Below are positions 54,273 through 63,999 of a DNA stretch of 64,000 bases, piece after piece (within the stretch, counting starts at the first letter, position 1; every line of letters begins with the position of its first letter). Under the pieces are notes generated by a model, which saw only the letters and a list, made by a program, of their open reading frames with translations, did not search any database and was not told the origin of the DNA. The translations under genes and the position numbers were made by a program. Source of the stretch: a virus (Duplodnaviria > Caudoviricetes); IMG/VR virus record IMGVR_UViG_3300036546_000248, one strand, 5' to 3'.

Positions 54273-55136
54273 ATGACCAGTATCAACAAACCGGCTGCCC
54301 AGTGGACCGACGAAGAACTGCTGGCGTGGGCTCGTGGTGAAGCCAGCCCCAGCGGTCAAGCCAGCAATCGTACCGTATCCCGCGAATGCATCGCGCGCTT
54401 TGGTTTCGAAAACACCGACGACATCGACAGCGTTAAGGCTTTCGTGATTGCCAAGTTCGTGGTCGAGGGTGACGAAACGACTGACGAAGAGCCGTCCTTG
54501 GAACCGCAGCCCAACGAAGGTGGTGAAGGTAGCGACGAAGCCGGTGACGCCACCGAAACTACAGAGACCACAACTCCTGTGGTTGAAGCTGCTCCAACTC
54601 CTGTTGCTCCGGCGACTGTAGCACCTGAAGCGCCCGCCGCCGATGAAGAAAGCGGTGAGCCCGAAATGCCAGAAGAAAACGTTCTGGTCAAACCCACCCC
54701 TGTCACTTTCAATCAGGCCAACATGTCTCGCGAAATCATCGAAAACAACCTGGCGGACTACGCCAAAACCATGGCTCCGAACGTTCCGACTTCGGCCGAA
54801 ACCGCAGCCACCAAACAACTGATGCTCTACCGCACCATTCAGATCGTGCTGCGCAGCACCGGTGGCGACTTCACGCAGAACCTGAACCTGCTGCTGGACT
54901 TCATCGCCGCGCATCGTCAGACCCTGTTCGCTGAGATTCGTGCGTTCCGCAGCATGGACATCGTGCGTCTGCCGGCCAACGAGCGCAAGAACTTCGAGCG
55001 ACTGCTCAACCTGTTTATCGGCACCGCCGTACGTGAAACCCGTGCGCTGGCGCTGAAGCAGGTTGACCTGACTCGCACCGTCGAAGGTCTGGATGCTGGT
55101 GCTCAACAGCGCGTGATCGAGTTCTACTCGATTTAA
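54273..55136 (+). CDS. Abundant conserved protein with acidic Pro/Ala/Glu linker
   Basis: AGGAG RBS, strong codon bias, own terminator. Confidence 0.7.
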   Translation: MTSINKPAAQWTDEELLAWARGEASPSGQASNRTVSRECIARFGFENTDDIDSVKAFVIAKFVVEGDETTDEEPSLEPQPNEGGEGSDEAGDATETTETTTPVVEAAPTPVAPATVAPEAPAADEESGEPEMPEENVLVKPTPVTFNQANMSREIIENNLADYAKTMAPNVPTSAETAATKQLMLYRTIQIVLRSTGGDFTQNLNLLLDFIAAHRQTLFAEIRAFRSMDIVRLPANERKNFERLLNLFIGTAVRETRALALKQVDLTRTVEGLDAGAQQRVIEFYSI

Positions 55137-55193
55137 GCGGCAAAAAAAAAAGGTACTCTAGGACTCCCTTAGGAGTCCTAGAGCCTTTATGCC
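55137..55193. terminator. Bidirectional terminator
   Basis: CTCTAGGACTCC/GGAGTCCTAGAG stem flanked by CGGC-A10 and TTTATGCCG. Confidence 0.85.
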
Positions 55194-55194
55194 G

Positions 55195-55737
55195 TCAGTG
55201 AACCGTCGCTTGTTGAGCTTCGGCGTTAAACGGATACACCACCAGAGTTTCTTTTACCAAACTGTTCCGATACTGTTGGGTCAGAACAGCCTTGGCATGG
55301 GGGTGTAGGTTCGTTCGAGCAATCAAGTCTTCGCACACCGCTTGCGAATAACCCACCGAAGCTAATGTGTTGATCATCGTACTGTACTGTCGCTGTTCGT
55401 AGTGGGGATCAACCAACTTGGACTTTTGCAATTGCTTACAATACGCCCAGCAACACAACGAGGAAAAGAGGAAGATCTCAGGATGTTCTTCCAAAAACAT
55501 CTTGGCATCCAAAGACCCCATCAATTCCACAGCCAACCCCATAGCCCCGCAGAGCCACTCCATATCACACTCTTTGATTACCGGATACAGGATTCGGGCA
55601 TCGTGGAAGGCGAGGGGGTACTTGAGTAACAGTTCTGAGACGTCAAGGACACCGGCCATTCGAAGACGTACGGCTTGTCCTTGTTGATTGGGAACGAGGT
55701 ATTGCGTGACCCGTTGAGGGATTGGTTGTGGTTCCAT
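55195..55737 (-). CDS. Hypothetical protein
   Basis: ORF ending at the terminator; its 5' end overlaps the helicase tail. Confidence 0.6.
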   Translation of the reverse strand: MEPQPIPQRVTQYLVPNQQGQAVRLRMAGVLDVSELLLKYPLAFHDARILYPVIKECDMEWLCGAMGLAVELMGSLDAKMFLEEHPEIFLFSSLCCWAYCKQLQKSKLVDPHYEQRQYSTMINTLASVGYSQAVCEDLIARTNLHPHAKAVLTQQYRNSLVKETLVVYPFNAEAQQATVH

Positions 55738-57392
55738 AGTTCAAAATCGTGAAGCTCCTCGCTACACGGTTCTCCCATTTCGATAGAAGGTATAGAAAGC
55801 TCCCACTCGAGGTAATCGCCCCAATCGGCGATGGTGACGCCGGTGGGTACGTATTTGTGACTAAGGACGCGGCCGGTGAAGGCCTCCTTTTTGCGATGGT
55901 GGTATTCGATGTGTTTATCGATGTCCGCACACACGAGGTAGTAGAACTTCGGCACCGACCCTTCCCACTGCAACAACTCCCGCAGGCGCCCGAAGGCTTG
56001 CAGGTTAGCAGTCGACGAACCCAACGCATCGGTCATGATGACGGTGAGCAGGTCCGGGATGTCTTGTGCAGTGCCTAACGACTTCAGGGTTGAGACAATG
56101 ATTTCACCTTTGTAGGTGTCTTCAATACTCGTCCCTTGAACGTGCAGCACCACCTTGTGTTCGGGGAACATCTGTTCGAAGTGGCGATGAAGCTTAGTGC
56201 ACATCTCGACAGTGGCGGCGTACACCAAACATTTCTGACCACGTTTGAACTCTTGTAGGTAAGTCTCGGTGATGACCATCCCTACCATGTCCATGTAGGC
56301 TTTCAGGATATCCTTCTGCTTCATAATGGACTGTTCAAACAACACATGCGAATAGGACTTACGACTGTGGTTTAGCCAACGCAAGCGATGGCCCACACGC
56401 AATCGATACTCCAACCCCACCGCTTCGGCGTAAACCACACGCCCTTTGGGTTTGATGCGCCAATGGGGCGGGAACATCTCCGCCACACGGGAATTCACAA
56501 ACGGGTCGTCACCTTCCAAGGTACCCGACAGTGAGATGGTTTTCTCAACGTTGGTGTACAGGTCTTGGCGGTAGTTCAAGTGGAAGTCTTGATGCACCTC
56601 ATCGATCAGGCGAATACCAAACCCACAGACGTCATAGAACTCATGGGGTAGACAGGCGTAGCCCATCTCCAATATGCCTTCTTTGTGGATTTCGTATTCT
56701 TTCAGGTAATTGTAGAACGTCATGTTCGAACAGATAACGAACTTGGCATCCAGCGTACCGTCGACAGCCATCTGAGTGACTGCCTTAAGGGAGGCTGATC
56801 CCTTGATGACAATGATATCGCCCTTTTTGATCTTGAAGGCTTTCTCGATGTCACTGATCCATTTCTCCACGTACATCGCTTTGATGCACACAAAGGTTCT
56901 TTTCTTAATCTTGCTGATTGCAAGCAACGCGGTGAACGTTTTACCACGACCAGGGTCAATGGTGGCAACCTTGGTCACCCCTTCGTCGGTGATGTAGTCA
57001 ACCAACTCGACTTGGTAGTCACGCGGCTCCCGAAGATCAATCAGCTCCAGTTCAATGTCGTCGCCATAGTTCTTTGGCAATTCGACTACGTTGATTTTAC
57101 CCTTTCCATAACCGTGGCGTTCCAGAACCACGAAGAGTTCAGGCAACAGGTTACGGTGGAAATTAAAAACAGTTCGATCCCGTGTTACACCCACAAACAC
57201 GCGCAGCATGGTTCGTACGAATCGCCCATTTGGACTTCGGGTGAACCCAAACTGCGCGAGCCGGTCGCACATTTCGAACAGGGCCGGACGGACACGAGGT
57301 CCGAAGTTCGACACCCGTACGAAATGGCTTCCAAGCTCTAAGGTCAACTCTGTGCCTACTTTGGGTGGAACCGGGGTAGGTCTAGTAGGCAC
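55578..57392 (-). CDS. SF2 (DExH) helicase, phiKZ gp75-like
   Basis: PGRGKT, DEVH, SGT, QAFGRLR. Confidence 0.9.
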   Translation of the reverse strand: MPTRPTPVPPKVGTELTLELGSHFVRVSNFGPRVRPALFEMCDRLAQFGFTRSPNGRFVRTMLRVFVGVTRDRTVFNFHRNLLPELFVVLERHGYGKGKINVVELPKNYGDDIELELIDLREPRDYQVELVDYITDEGVTKVATIDPGRGKTFTALLAISKIKKRTFVCIKAMYVEKWISDIEKAFKIKKGDIIVIKGSASLKAVTQMAVDGTLDAKFVICSNMTFYNYLKEYEIHKEGILEMGYACLPHEFYDVCGFGIRLIDEVHQDFHLNYRQDLYTNVEKTISLSGTLEGDDPFVNSRVAEMFPPHWRIKPKGRVVYAEAVGLEYRLRVGHRLRWLNHSRKSYSHVLFEQSIMKQKDILKAYMDMVGMVITETYLQEFKRGQKCLVYAATVEMCTKLHRHFEQMFPEHKVVLHVQGTSIEDTYKGEIIVSTLKSLGTAQDIPDLLTVIMTDALGSSTANLQAFGRLRELLQWEGSVPKFYYLVCADIDKHIEYHHRKKEAFTGRVLSHKYVPTGVTIADWGDYLEWELSIPSIEMGEPCSEELHDFELWNHNQSLNGSRNTSFPINKDKPYVFEWPVSLTSQNCYSSTPSPSTMPESCIR

Positions 57393-57406
57393 AATGTTGC
57401 TCCTAG

Positions 57407-59383
57407 TTAACGTACGCCGGATTTGCCCACGACCAGATAGTCGAGGGGATGGTCAGGACGGTTGTCCAAGATGAAGGTTCGGATATCGCTGAGTACCGCC
57501 CCCTGCTTCTCATAGGCCATGGTGGCCGACAAGCTGCGGAACCACATGTTGTCCTCGTAATACCCCACTACACCATTCAGCCGGTCAACCGGCATACGGT
57601 GGTCATGGTTCTCGGGGTCAATTGCCATGGTGGCCAACAAGATCGCTTCCAGGTGCGCAATGTTCACACTGAGCTTGGAGTTGATCAGGTCGTCAAACGC
57701 AAACAGGGCTTCCTCGGTGGTGCTGTAGGAGCCTGAGTTCATGCGCTTGGAGGACTTATCGCGAGCCTTGTTCGCACTAGGCGAGGCCTTGATGAAGTTC
57801 TCAATCATGGTCATGTATTCCACAGTGTTCAGGTGACGCTGCGGCAGTTCAAAGATATCGTCCTCGAAGTCCCAGTCCGACAGATCGATCAGGAAATCAC
57901 CACGGGAGGTGGTGGTCCAACCGACTTCCTTGAGGAAGCTCAAGAACAGCTCACCGAAGTAAGCACGTCGAGAACCCATCGAGACAGAGACCGTCACAGT
58001 ATTGATCGCCCCGTCATTAATAATCTCCAGCTGAACTTCAACCAACTCAGCCAGACGTTCCATCGGCAACTCACGGACATGACGTACCCGATGCAGGTCA
58101 GTCAGGCGTGGAGCATACTGATGCGGGACAATCAACCGCACTTCATCGGCAATTTTCAATTCTGCCATTAGGCGCAGTTTCGATTCGTCGCTACCCTCCC
58201 GTATGTAGTATTGATCGTGTTCCGAGATCTTGAAAGATTCCACGCTAGTACTGCCATCCAGGTGTTTGGTCGACAATACGCGCTGCGACAGAATCTCACA
58301 GAGCGTGGTGGCACTGACGTGACCCAGTACCGTCTTGGCCGGAATGGCGTTGGCCAGTTCGCCGAAGCAGGTGGCACAAACACCGTATGGATCAAGGTGT
58401 TGACACTTAAGGATGCTGCGGGTTTTCAGGGTACGACCGATCAACTTGTTACGGTCGCGCTTGATGATGGGTTTGAGTTTTCCATCATCTTCCAGATAGA
58501 ACTTACCCAACAGGTTCTCGAAGTTGGAGGAGGTGATCTTCCACTCGATGTAATGTTGGCTACCGCAGTCGCCTGGATGGATGTGCTTCAGCGTCTCACA
58601 CACCAGCTGCATCCGACGGTTGAAGTACTCAGAATCAGCCACTGGGTCTTTGGCAAACCACAGGGCCTTGGACGCCGAGCGAGACTCGATCATCGATTCG
58701 TACAGCTTGGTGATCCCGTGGGTGTAACCTTTCAGCACCGGAGTGTGGAAGATGCGTGAGTTGATGTCCGTCAGATAGCCTCGTACCGAGACACACTGGA
58801 GAATCTGACCCATGCTCACCAGACCTGACTTAGCCACCTTGGCCACAGGGTTACCCACCAGTTCGTTCTCGTCGAGCAAAACCCCCCGCACGGCGGTGTA
58901 GGTGTGTTCGATAGAGTTCGGGGACGGTTTGGTGTTGTCGTTAATTTCCTTGATCTTGGGATGGGTGACGATGTCGATGAAATCAAGAATGCAGATACTG
59001 CTCACCGACTGCGGGACGTTCCAGGTGAAATCGTTGTAGATGTCCTGGAAGGTGTCGTACACCACTTGTCGGGCAGCATCCAGATCCAACAGATGGCCTT
59101 CGCCGCGTTCATCGAACCAGTCTTTGGTTTCAAACAGGGAGGTTTCAATCAGCTCGGCGGTGGTGCGCATACCGAGGCGAGCTTTACCGATGTGATAGCG
59201 TTTGTACACAGGGGCTTGCGGGTAGAGTCGGTTGAACACCATGGTGTACCAACTGTACTGCGTCAACCGGGTATCAGTTTCAAGGTCCCCATCATCGAAC
59301 TCCAGAATAAAGGGACGGTCCGGCATGGCCCACAGTTGAGCAGTAGACATAGCCAGAATCTGGCGCACGGGAATACGTTCCAC
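57407..59383 (-). CDS. Non-virion RNAP beta-prime-like subunit (phiKZ gp74-like)
   Basis: SGLVSMGQ, ESRSASKAL, HPGDCGS, RSILKC..VCATCFG, LSTKH. Confidence 0.88.
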   Translation of the reverse strand: MERIPVRQILAMSTAQLWAMPDRPFILEFDDGDLETDTRLTQYSWYTMVFNRLYPQAPVYKRYHIGKARLGMRTTAELIETSLFETKDWFDERGEGHLLDLDAARQVVYDTFQDIYNDFTWNVPQSVSSICILDFIDIVTHPKIKEINDNTKPSPNSIEHTYTAVRGVLLDENELVGNPVAKVAKSGLVSMGQILQCVSVRGYLTDINSRIFHTPVLKGYTHGITKLYESMIESRSASKALWFAKDPVADSEYFNRRMQLVCETLKHIHPGDCGSQHYIEWKITSSNFENLLGKFYLEDDGKLKPIIKRDRNKLIGRTLKTRSILKCQHLDPYGVCATCFGELANAIPAKTVLGHVSATTLCEILSQRVLSTKHLDGSTSVESFKISEHDQYYIREGSDESKLRLMAELKIADEVRLIVPHQYAPRLTDLHRVRHVRELPMERLAELVEVQLEIINDGAINTVTVSVSMGSRRAYFGELFLSFLKEVGWTTTSRGDFLIDLSDWDFEDDIFELPQRHLNTVEYMTMIENFIKASPSANKARDKSSKRMNSGSYSTTEEALFAFDDLINSKLSVNIAHLEAILLATMAIDPENHDHRMPVDRLNGVVGYYEDNMWFRSLSATMAYEKQGAVLSDIRTFILDNRPDHPLDYLVVGKSGVR

Positions 59384-59407
59384 TAGGAACCTCCTCGAAG
59401 TTAGACG

Positions 59408-59429
59408 GCTGTGGGGTTACCCCCACAGC
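59408..59429. other. Perfect 9-bp hairpin between the two nvRNAP genes
   Basis: GCTGTGGGG-TTAC-CCCCACAGC. Confidence 0.6.
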
Positions 59430-59448
59430 GAAGTTTATAAGAACATCC

Positions 59449-61713
59449 TCAGATGCTAGGTGGCGTCTGAGGCCTTTCAGGTTTGTACACGAAACGAATG
59501 CCCGCACACTCCAGAACGTGGGTGACGAACAGGATGTTGCGACCCTGTCCGAGCGGAAACTTGTCCCGGTCAATAACCTTGGGGATGTTGGTTGGTTGTG
59601 GTGCACGCAGGATGTTAGCCGTGATCTCCTTGTGTACCGTTGGGTTGTTAGACTGATCCACCAGATCGGCTGCTACGTAGCCACCGGCTGTACTGGCAAG
59701 TAGACGGACTTCACCTTCCCCGGTCAGTCGGATGGGTGAGGCACGACCTGGGTAGGCGTACTTATCCATCTTGGTGATCTTTGCTGGAATGCCGTGGTGC
59801 TGCAACTTGGCAGAAGCAACGCCTGACCACTCACTACCGGTTTTCTCCAGCTCGATCACGTAAACGCTACCGATCATGATCGGGGCATCCGTCACGACCC
59901 GCTTACCGTTTTGGGCAATGAAGCTCACAGGACCATAGCAAGGTGGGTACTTCGCTTGGACTTGCTGGACCGTCTCGACATAATCGATCGGGTTGTGTGT
60001 TGGCATCCACAGGTAGATACCATCACGCATCACCGACAACAGGTGCTCCTCGATGGGTTGTTTGTACTCCCCACGAGCAAACATCTGAGCCATCCACGGC
60101 GACACGATGTCGTAGTAACCAAAAAGGTATTGCCACGCCTGTGCCACAATGGCCGGGTCCAACTGAATGTCTTGTCCCGGTACGATGTTGCTTTCTCGAC
60201 TGCCGAACAGCGCGTTCTGTAGGTTGAAGGTGGGTTTGGGTTTCGGTGGGACGTCATCACCCCAAGGACTGAAGCCAAACATTTGACGAATCTTCTTAGT
60301 GACGTCGCGCGATGCAGCATTGAAGTACTGCTCGTACAAACGACCCAAGTTCATCCGTTTGATGTTGGAGTCGGCATCCATGATGTAGTCAGCTGAATTG
60401 CCTTCTGCATCCACCGGCATGTTAGCCCGTGGCCAGATCCCACAGATAACCGCCTTATCGCCATGGGTCCCGGTGATCTTGTTGCCGATCGTAGGTACCA
60501 TGTCGTATTGGTAGGTCACCTCAATCCGCCATTCGTCCAGCTCGTTACGACGGTAGGTTTTATTGACATCCATACTGCCTTGACGACTATCGCGATGACG
60601 TTCGTTCAGGTAGGTACGGGCTTCAACCAACAACCGGTTAAACTCATACCCAAGGGTTGGACGACCTTCCGGACGACGACAGACTTTCTCATACTCCTGC
60701 CAGATACGACGGTAGTAGTTAGTGGCGGCTGTGTGGTACTTGCGCAGCTGCCGATCCATACCTGCCGGGGTATTGCAATTACGCAGCAGGTGATTGTGCT
60801 GAACCATGATATCAATCACAGTAGCGCCAGGGGTTGCATAGACCAGTCGGTCGTAGATGTAGTCAGGTTCCCGCAAAGCGGTCGGCGACATCTCGATCGG
60901 AGCCAGCAGCGGATCGTATTTGCGCAGAGCAAACAGAAGACCGTCATCACGGATCTTTTCACCAATGTCCGGTACAGGCTTGTATTCATCCGGACGTTCA
61001 GGATTACCGTAGAGATTGATCATGTAGTAGTGCTGACCACAGCTCTCTACCCGCTTCTCAAACCCTTGGGCTGTGAGTTTCGGAAGAACATCATCGGCAA
61101 AGATCGCACCGTCCTCAATCACGCCTTCGACGGACATCAGACACATGTTCAACTCAAGGCCGTATTTGTAGTCTCCTTCTGGTGTGACGCTTGGAGAATC
61201 AGCCACTTTGGTACCCGCTCGGATGCGGGCTTCGGCAGTCATCTGACGGACGACGTTCTGGTCCTTCTGATATTCGAATCCGAAGTGCTGGTGGTTACAG
61301 TTATACATCGGAAGGATCATTACATCGACGTGACCGGTTTTCGCATCTTCGTAGATGTACGCCGTTTCGGGGGAGAAAGCAATGCTGTCGATACCGGCAG
61401 TTTGGTCGTAGCGATGCACTACGGCCAAAATCACCACATTGTTCTCAAAGCGCTTGGAGAACGTGTACTTAGCAAACTCTCGTTCGGTACCGGTTTGTTG
61501 ACGGCGCAGGGTGCTGCCTTTAATCACAAGGCTCGAACCCAATGCCGAGTTTGCCATCTGGACCCGCGGGGAACTGTCGCCGCGCAGGTGGGAGTTCAGG
61601 TTACTGACACCAACCAGTTCGGGGAACAGTTGGCATTCGGCTTCCATCGGGTCAACCTCATTGTAGTGAGGTACCTGAGTGTGCTTGAAGACCTCTTTGA
61701 CTTCATCCGACAC
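59449..61713 (-). CDS. Non-virion RNAP beta-like subunit (phiKZ gp71-73-like), uninterrupted
   Basis: SSPRVQM, GVIEDG, GNKITGTHGDKAVI, RMNLGRLYE, RLTGEGEVR. Confidence 0.9.
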   Translation of the reverse strand: MSDEVKEVFKHTQVPHYNEVDPMEAECQLFPELVGVSNLNSHLRGDSSPRVQMANSALGSSLVIKGSTLRRQQTGTEREFAKYTFSKRFENNVVILAVVHRYDQTAGIDSIAFSPETAYIYEDAKTGHVDVMILPMYNCNHQHFGFEYQKDQNVVRQMTAEARIRAGTKVADSPSVTPEGDYKYGLELNMCLMSVEGVIEDGAIFADDVLPKLTAQGFEKRVESCGQHYYMINLYGNPERPDEYKPVPDIGEKIRDDGLLFALRKYDPLLAPIEMSPTALREPDYIYDRLVYATPGATVIDIMVQHNHLLRNCNTPAGMDRQLRKYHTAATNYYRRIWQEYEKVCRRPEGRPTLGYEFNRLLVEARTYLNERHRDSRQGSMDVNKTYRRNELDEWRIEVTYQYDMVPTIGNKITGTHGDKAVICGIWPRANMPVDAEGNSADYIMDADSNIKRMNLGRLYEQYFNAASRDVTKKIRQMFGFSPWGDDVPPKPKPTFNLQNALFGSRESNIVPGQDIQLDPAIVAQAWQYLFGYYDIVSPWMAQMFARGEYKQPIEEHLLSVMRDGIYLWMPTHNPIDYVETVQQVQAKYPPCYGPVSFIAQNGKRVVTDAPIMIGSVYVIELEKTGSEWSGVASAKLQHHGIPAKITKMDKYAYPGRASPIRLTGEGEVRLLASTAGGYVAADLVDQSNNPTVHKEITANILRAPQPTNIPKVIDRDKFPLGQGRNILFVTHVLECAGIRFVYKPERPQTPPSI

Positions 61714-61773
61714 GATAGACTCCTTAGTCTTCTACGAGTTTAAGGGGCAGTGGTGATCACTCACCAAGGGTAT

Positions 61774-61803
61774 TCACCTTAATAATATAGGTTTGTTTTT
61801 TCT
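61774..61803 (-). promoter_or_regulatory. Early promoter of the nvRNAP operon (variant)
   Basis: AAAAAACAAACCTATATTATTAAGGTG. Confidence 0.55.
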
Positions 61804-61824
61804 TTACTGCGGACGGACACAGAC

Positions 61825-62169
61825 ATGACCATGCCTATCCAAGAGTTGATGACCAACACGGTGGCTCAAGTTTATTGCGACCAAGCGTTTCGCGATACGG
61901 TCGAGTCAGTCTTGAACATCATCAAAGTCAATCCTAACAATCGCACCATCGGTATCGAGCCCGGCATCGCCTACAAATATGAGTTTGACTTCTACGGGTT
62001 GTTGTCACACCTCAAAATTCCTACGAGCATGCACTGGTTAACCCTGCGGGTAAACGGTTATCGAGACCCACGGGACTACGTACACACCCATGTCGAACTG
62101 GTCATCCCAAGCGAAGACGACCTGACGTATGTGCGTCGGATGTACAAGACACGAAAGGGCATACTTTGA
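61825..62169 (+). CDS. Conserved phiKZ-like small protein
   Basis: YKYEFDFYGLL..W..LRVNG motif; divergent gene with its own terminator. Confidence 0.65.
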   Translation: MTMPIQELMTNTVAQVYCDQAFRDTVESVLNIIKVNPNNRTIGIEPGIAYKYEFDFYGLLSHLKIPTSMHWLTLRVNGYRDPRDYVHTHVELVIPSEDDLTYVRRMYKTRKGIL

Positions 62170-62216
62170 AAAAAAAAACAGGGGACCGAAGTCCCCTGTT
62201 GCTTTTTTATGCCGCC
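62168..62216. terminator. Bidirectional terminator
   Basis: AACAGGGGA/TCCCCTGTT stem, A-tract on the left, TTTTTTATGCCG on the right. Confidence 0.85.
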
Positions 62217-63575
62217 TTAGATCCCGGTGGGGAACATCGGCTGTTGCATAAAGGGTTGTTGCATGGGTTGTTGGTATTGACCAGGGAAGCCCATCATGGT
62301 CTGCTGCGGTTGTGCGAACTGTTGTGCGAACATCTGCTGCGGAGTCATCATCGGCTGCTGAACCGGTTGCTGATACTGAGGTTGCATCATCATCGGTTGA
62401 GGTTGAGCCGCTACGCCCATACGCTTAGCCAACAGATCACTGAAGGAGACCGTATCGGATTCCTTCGTAGCCTGATGAGCTTGCGGTTGGTACTGCGGTT
62501 GTGGCGGCTGTTGGGTTTGAGTTTCCCACGGCATGACAGCGGGGGTTGTTGGAGCTGGGGTGTTGGTAGCCTGAGGCTGAAGCGACACTTCTGCGTTCTC
62601 GATGCTGGCCAACGCGTGATGCGCGGCGTGTTTCGGGGCGCTGGTGTCGAGCACCACCACCTTGTTCGATGCAGCAGGCTTGACTTCGGCACCGGTCTTA
62701 TCCAGCACCACGCCTTCGTTACCCGACAGGCTCGGGATCAGATCGCGGTACTTGCCAAGGTCGTTGAGTTCCTTGTCGAAGTCCACGTTGATCAGCAGCT
62801 TGTCCGCATCGTCCAAATGTTTCTTGAACTTGCGCACGACGCTATTGAGCTGTTTGGCCACCTTAGCAAACGACGACATCATCGCATGGAAGTACGGTGC
62901 GACGTCGCTGTTGGTACCGAAGCTGTACTTGTCCACGTCCTCGGCTTGCGGCAGGATGTAGTCGAACAGGGCCTTGATGGCTTTCTTGTTCTTCTGACTT
63001 CCCAGCGTAACCGTGAAGACTTCCTTCCCCGGCGTACCGAGTTGTTCGATCAGCGGGAAGGTGGTAACGGCTACGCGGGAGTAACCTTTACCTTTCCATT
63101 GACCGGCACGCTTGAGGTACATGTTGATCAGCTGGTTCTTGTCGATACCCAGCTGCTCGATGGTTTTGGTCAGGTCCTTGAACGTATTCTCGGTGACCGG
63201 ACCGACCAACGAGAGGAACTCGTGTTGGTCAGGCGTGAGCTTCTTCTGAGCATCCACATTGACGGCAATCGCCATCAGCTGGGTGGCCAGCTCGGTTGTG
63301 ACACCGAGTATCCGCACCATCAACAGCGCCTTGAGTTTGCGCAGTACTTCGGACTCACCACGCAACAGGCTTTCCGACAGCGGATGGAAGGCGATGGTGG
63401 TGTTCCAGTTGGGGTTGGCCAACACTTCGGAGGTCGGCATCACCAGACGCTTGGCAGGTTCCTTACCCACCGTACACGGCGTGTGGATACCGTCCAGGTC
63501 CATGCTGATCAGACCTTCCTTGTTGACAACGAGGCCGGCAGCTGCCAGCACGGACTCATATAGTGGAATGAGCAT
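62217..63575 (-). CDS. Conserved core protein (gp70-like by synteny) with Q/P/M-rich C-terminal tail
   Basis: FHPLSESLLRGES, APYFHA motifs; low-complexity tail. Confidence 0.7.
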   Translation of the reverse strand: MLIPLYESVLAAAGLVVNKEGLISMDLDGIHTPCTVGKEPAKRLVMPTSEVLANPNWNTTIAFHPLSESLLRGESEVLRKLKALLMVRILGVTTELATQLMAIAVNVDAQKKLTPDQHEFLSLVGPVTENTFKDLTKTIEQLGIDKNQLINMYLKRAGQWKGKGYSRVAVTTFPLIEQLGTPGKEVFTVTLGSQKNKKAIKALFDYILPQAEDVDKYSFGTNSDVAPYFHAMMSSFAKVAKQLNSVVRKFKKHLDDADKLLINVDFDKELNDLGKYRDLIPSLSGNEGVVLDKTGAEVKPAASNKVVVLDTSAPKHAAHHALASIENAEVSLQPQATNTPAPTTPAVMPWETQTQQPPQPQYQPQAHQATKESDTVSFSDLLAKRMGVAAQPQPMMMQPQYQQPVQQPMMTPQQMFAQQFAQPQQTMMGFPGQYQQPMQQPFMQQPMFPTGI

Positions 63576-63999
63576 AGTTCATGCCTCCGAGTGGGTTTTG
63601 ATTGTTTGCGACCTGGGTCACAGTTTTGTTTGCCAAGCTTTCGATGTCGCTGACGTACTGCATGGCGTAGTTGACGTTTTGCGAGAGCAGCGGGGTGGTC
63701 AGCGAATCTGCAAAGGACGGCGCACAGAAGTACTGCTCAGGACCTCCCATTACAGAAGCGAAGATGTGGGTTTCGCCATACATGTCAATCATGACACGGA
63801 TGTTGAAGTCCACTGCGTTGTTGATCGAAAGACCGGTGAGGATCTCGTGAATCAAACGGTTGATGAAACTGTTGGTGGCGAACTTGATCATATCCGGGGT
63901 GGGGAGCCAGGACGACGGGGCGCCTTGAAGGTCAACCAAGAACTCACGGGTCACCGTACGGTTGGTAGCCGAGAACGCCACCTTGGTCAGGAAGTGGTC
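63556..63999 (-). CDS. C-terminal part of a probable PicA/Imp1 (phiKZ gp69-like) nuclear-import factor; 5' end outside window
   Basis: Frame is open to the window edge; position immediately upstream of the gp70-like gene and the nvRNAP beta gene. Called mainly by synteny. Confidence 0.5.
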   Translation of the reverse strand, partial: DHFLTKVAFSATNRTVTREFLVDLQGAPSSWLPTPDMIKFATNSFINRLIHEILTGLSINNAVDFNIRVMIDMYGETHIFASVMGGPEQYFCAPSFADSLTTPLLSQNVNYAMQYVSDIESLANKTVTQVANNQNPLGGMNYAHSTI

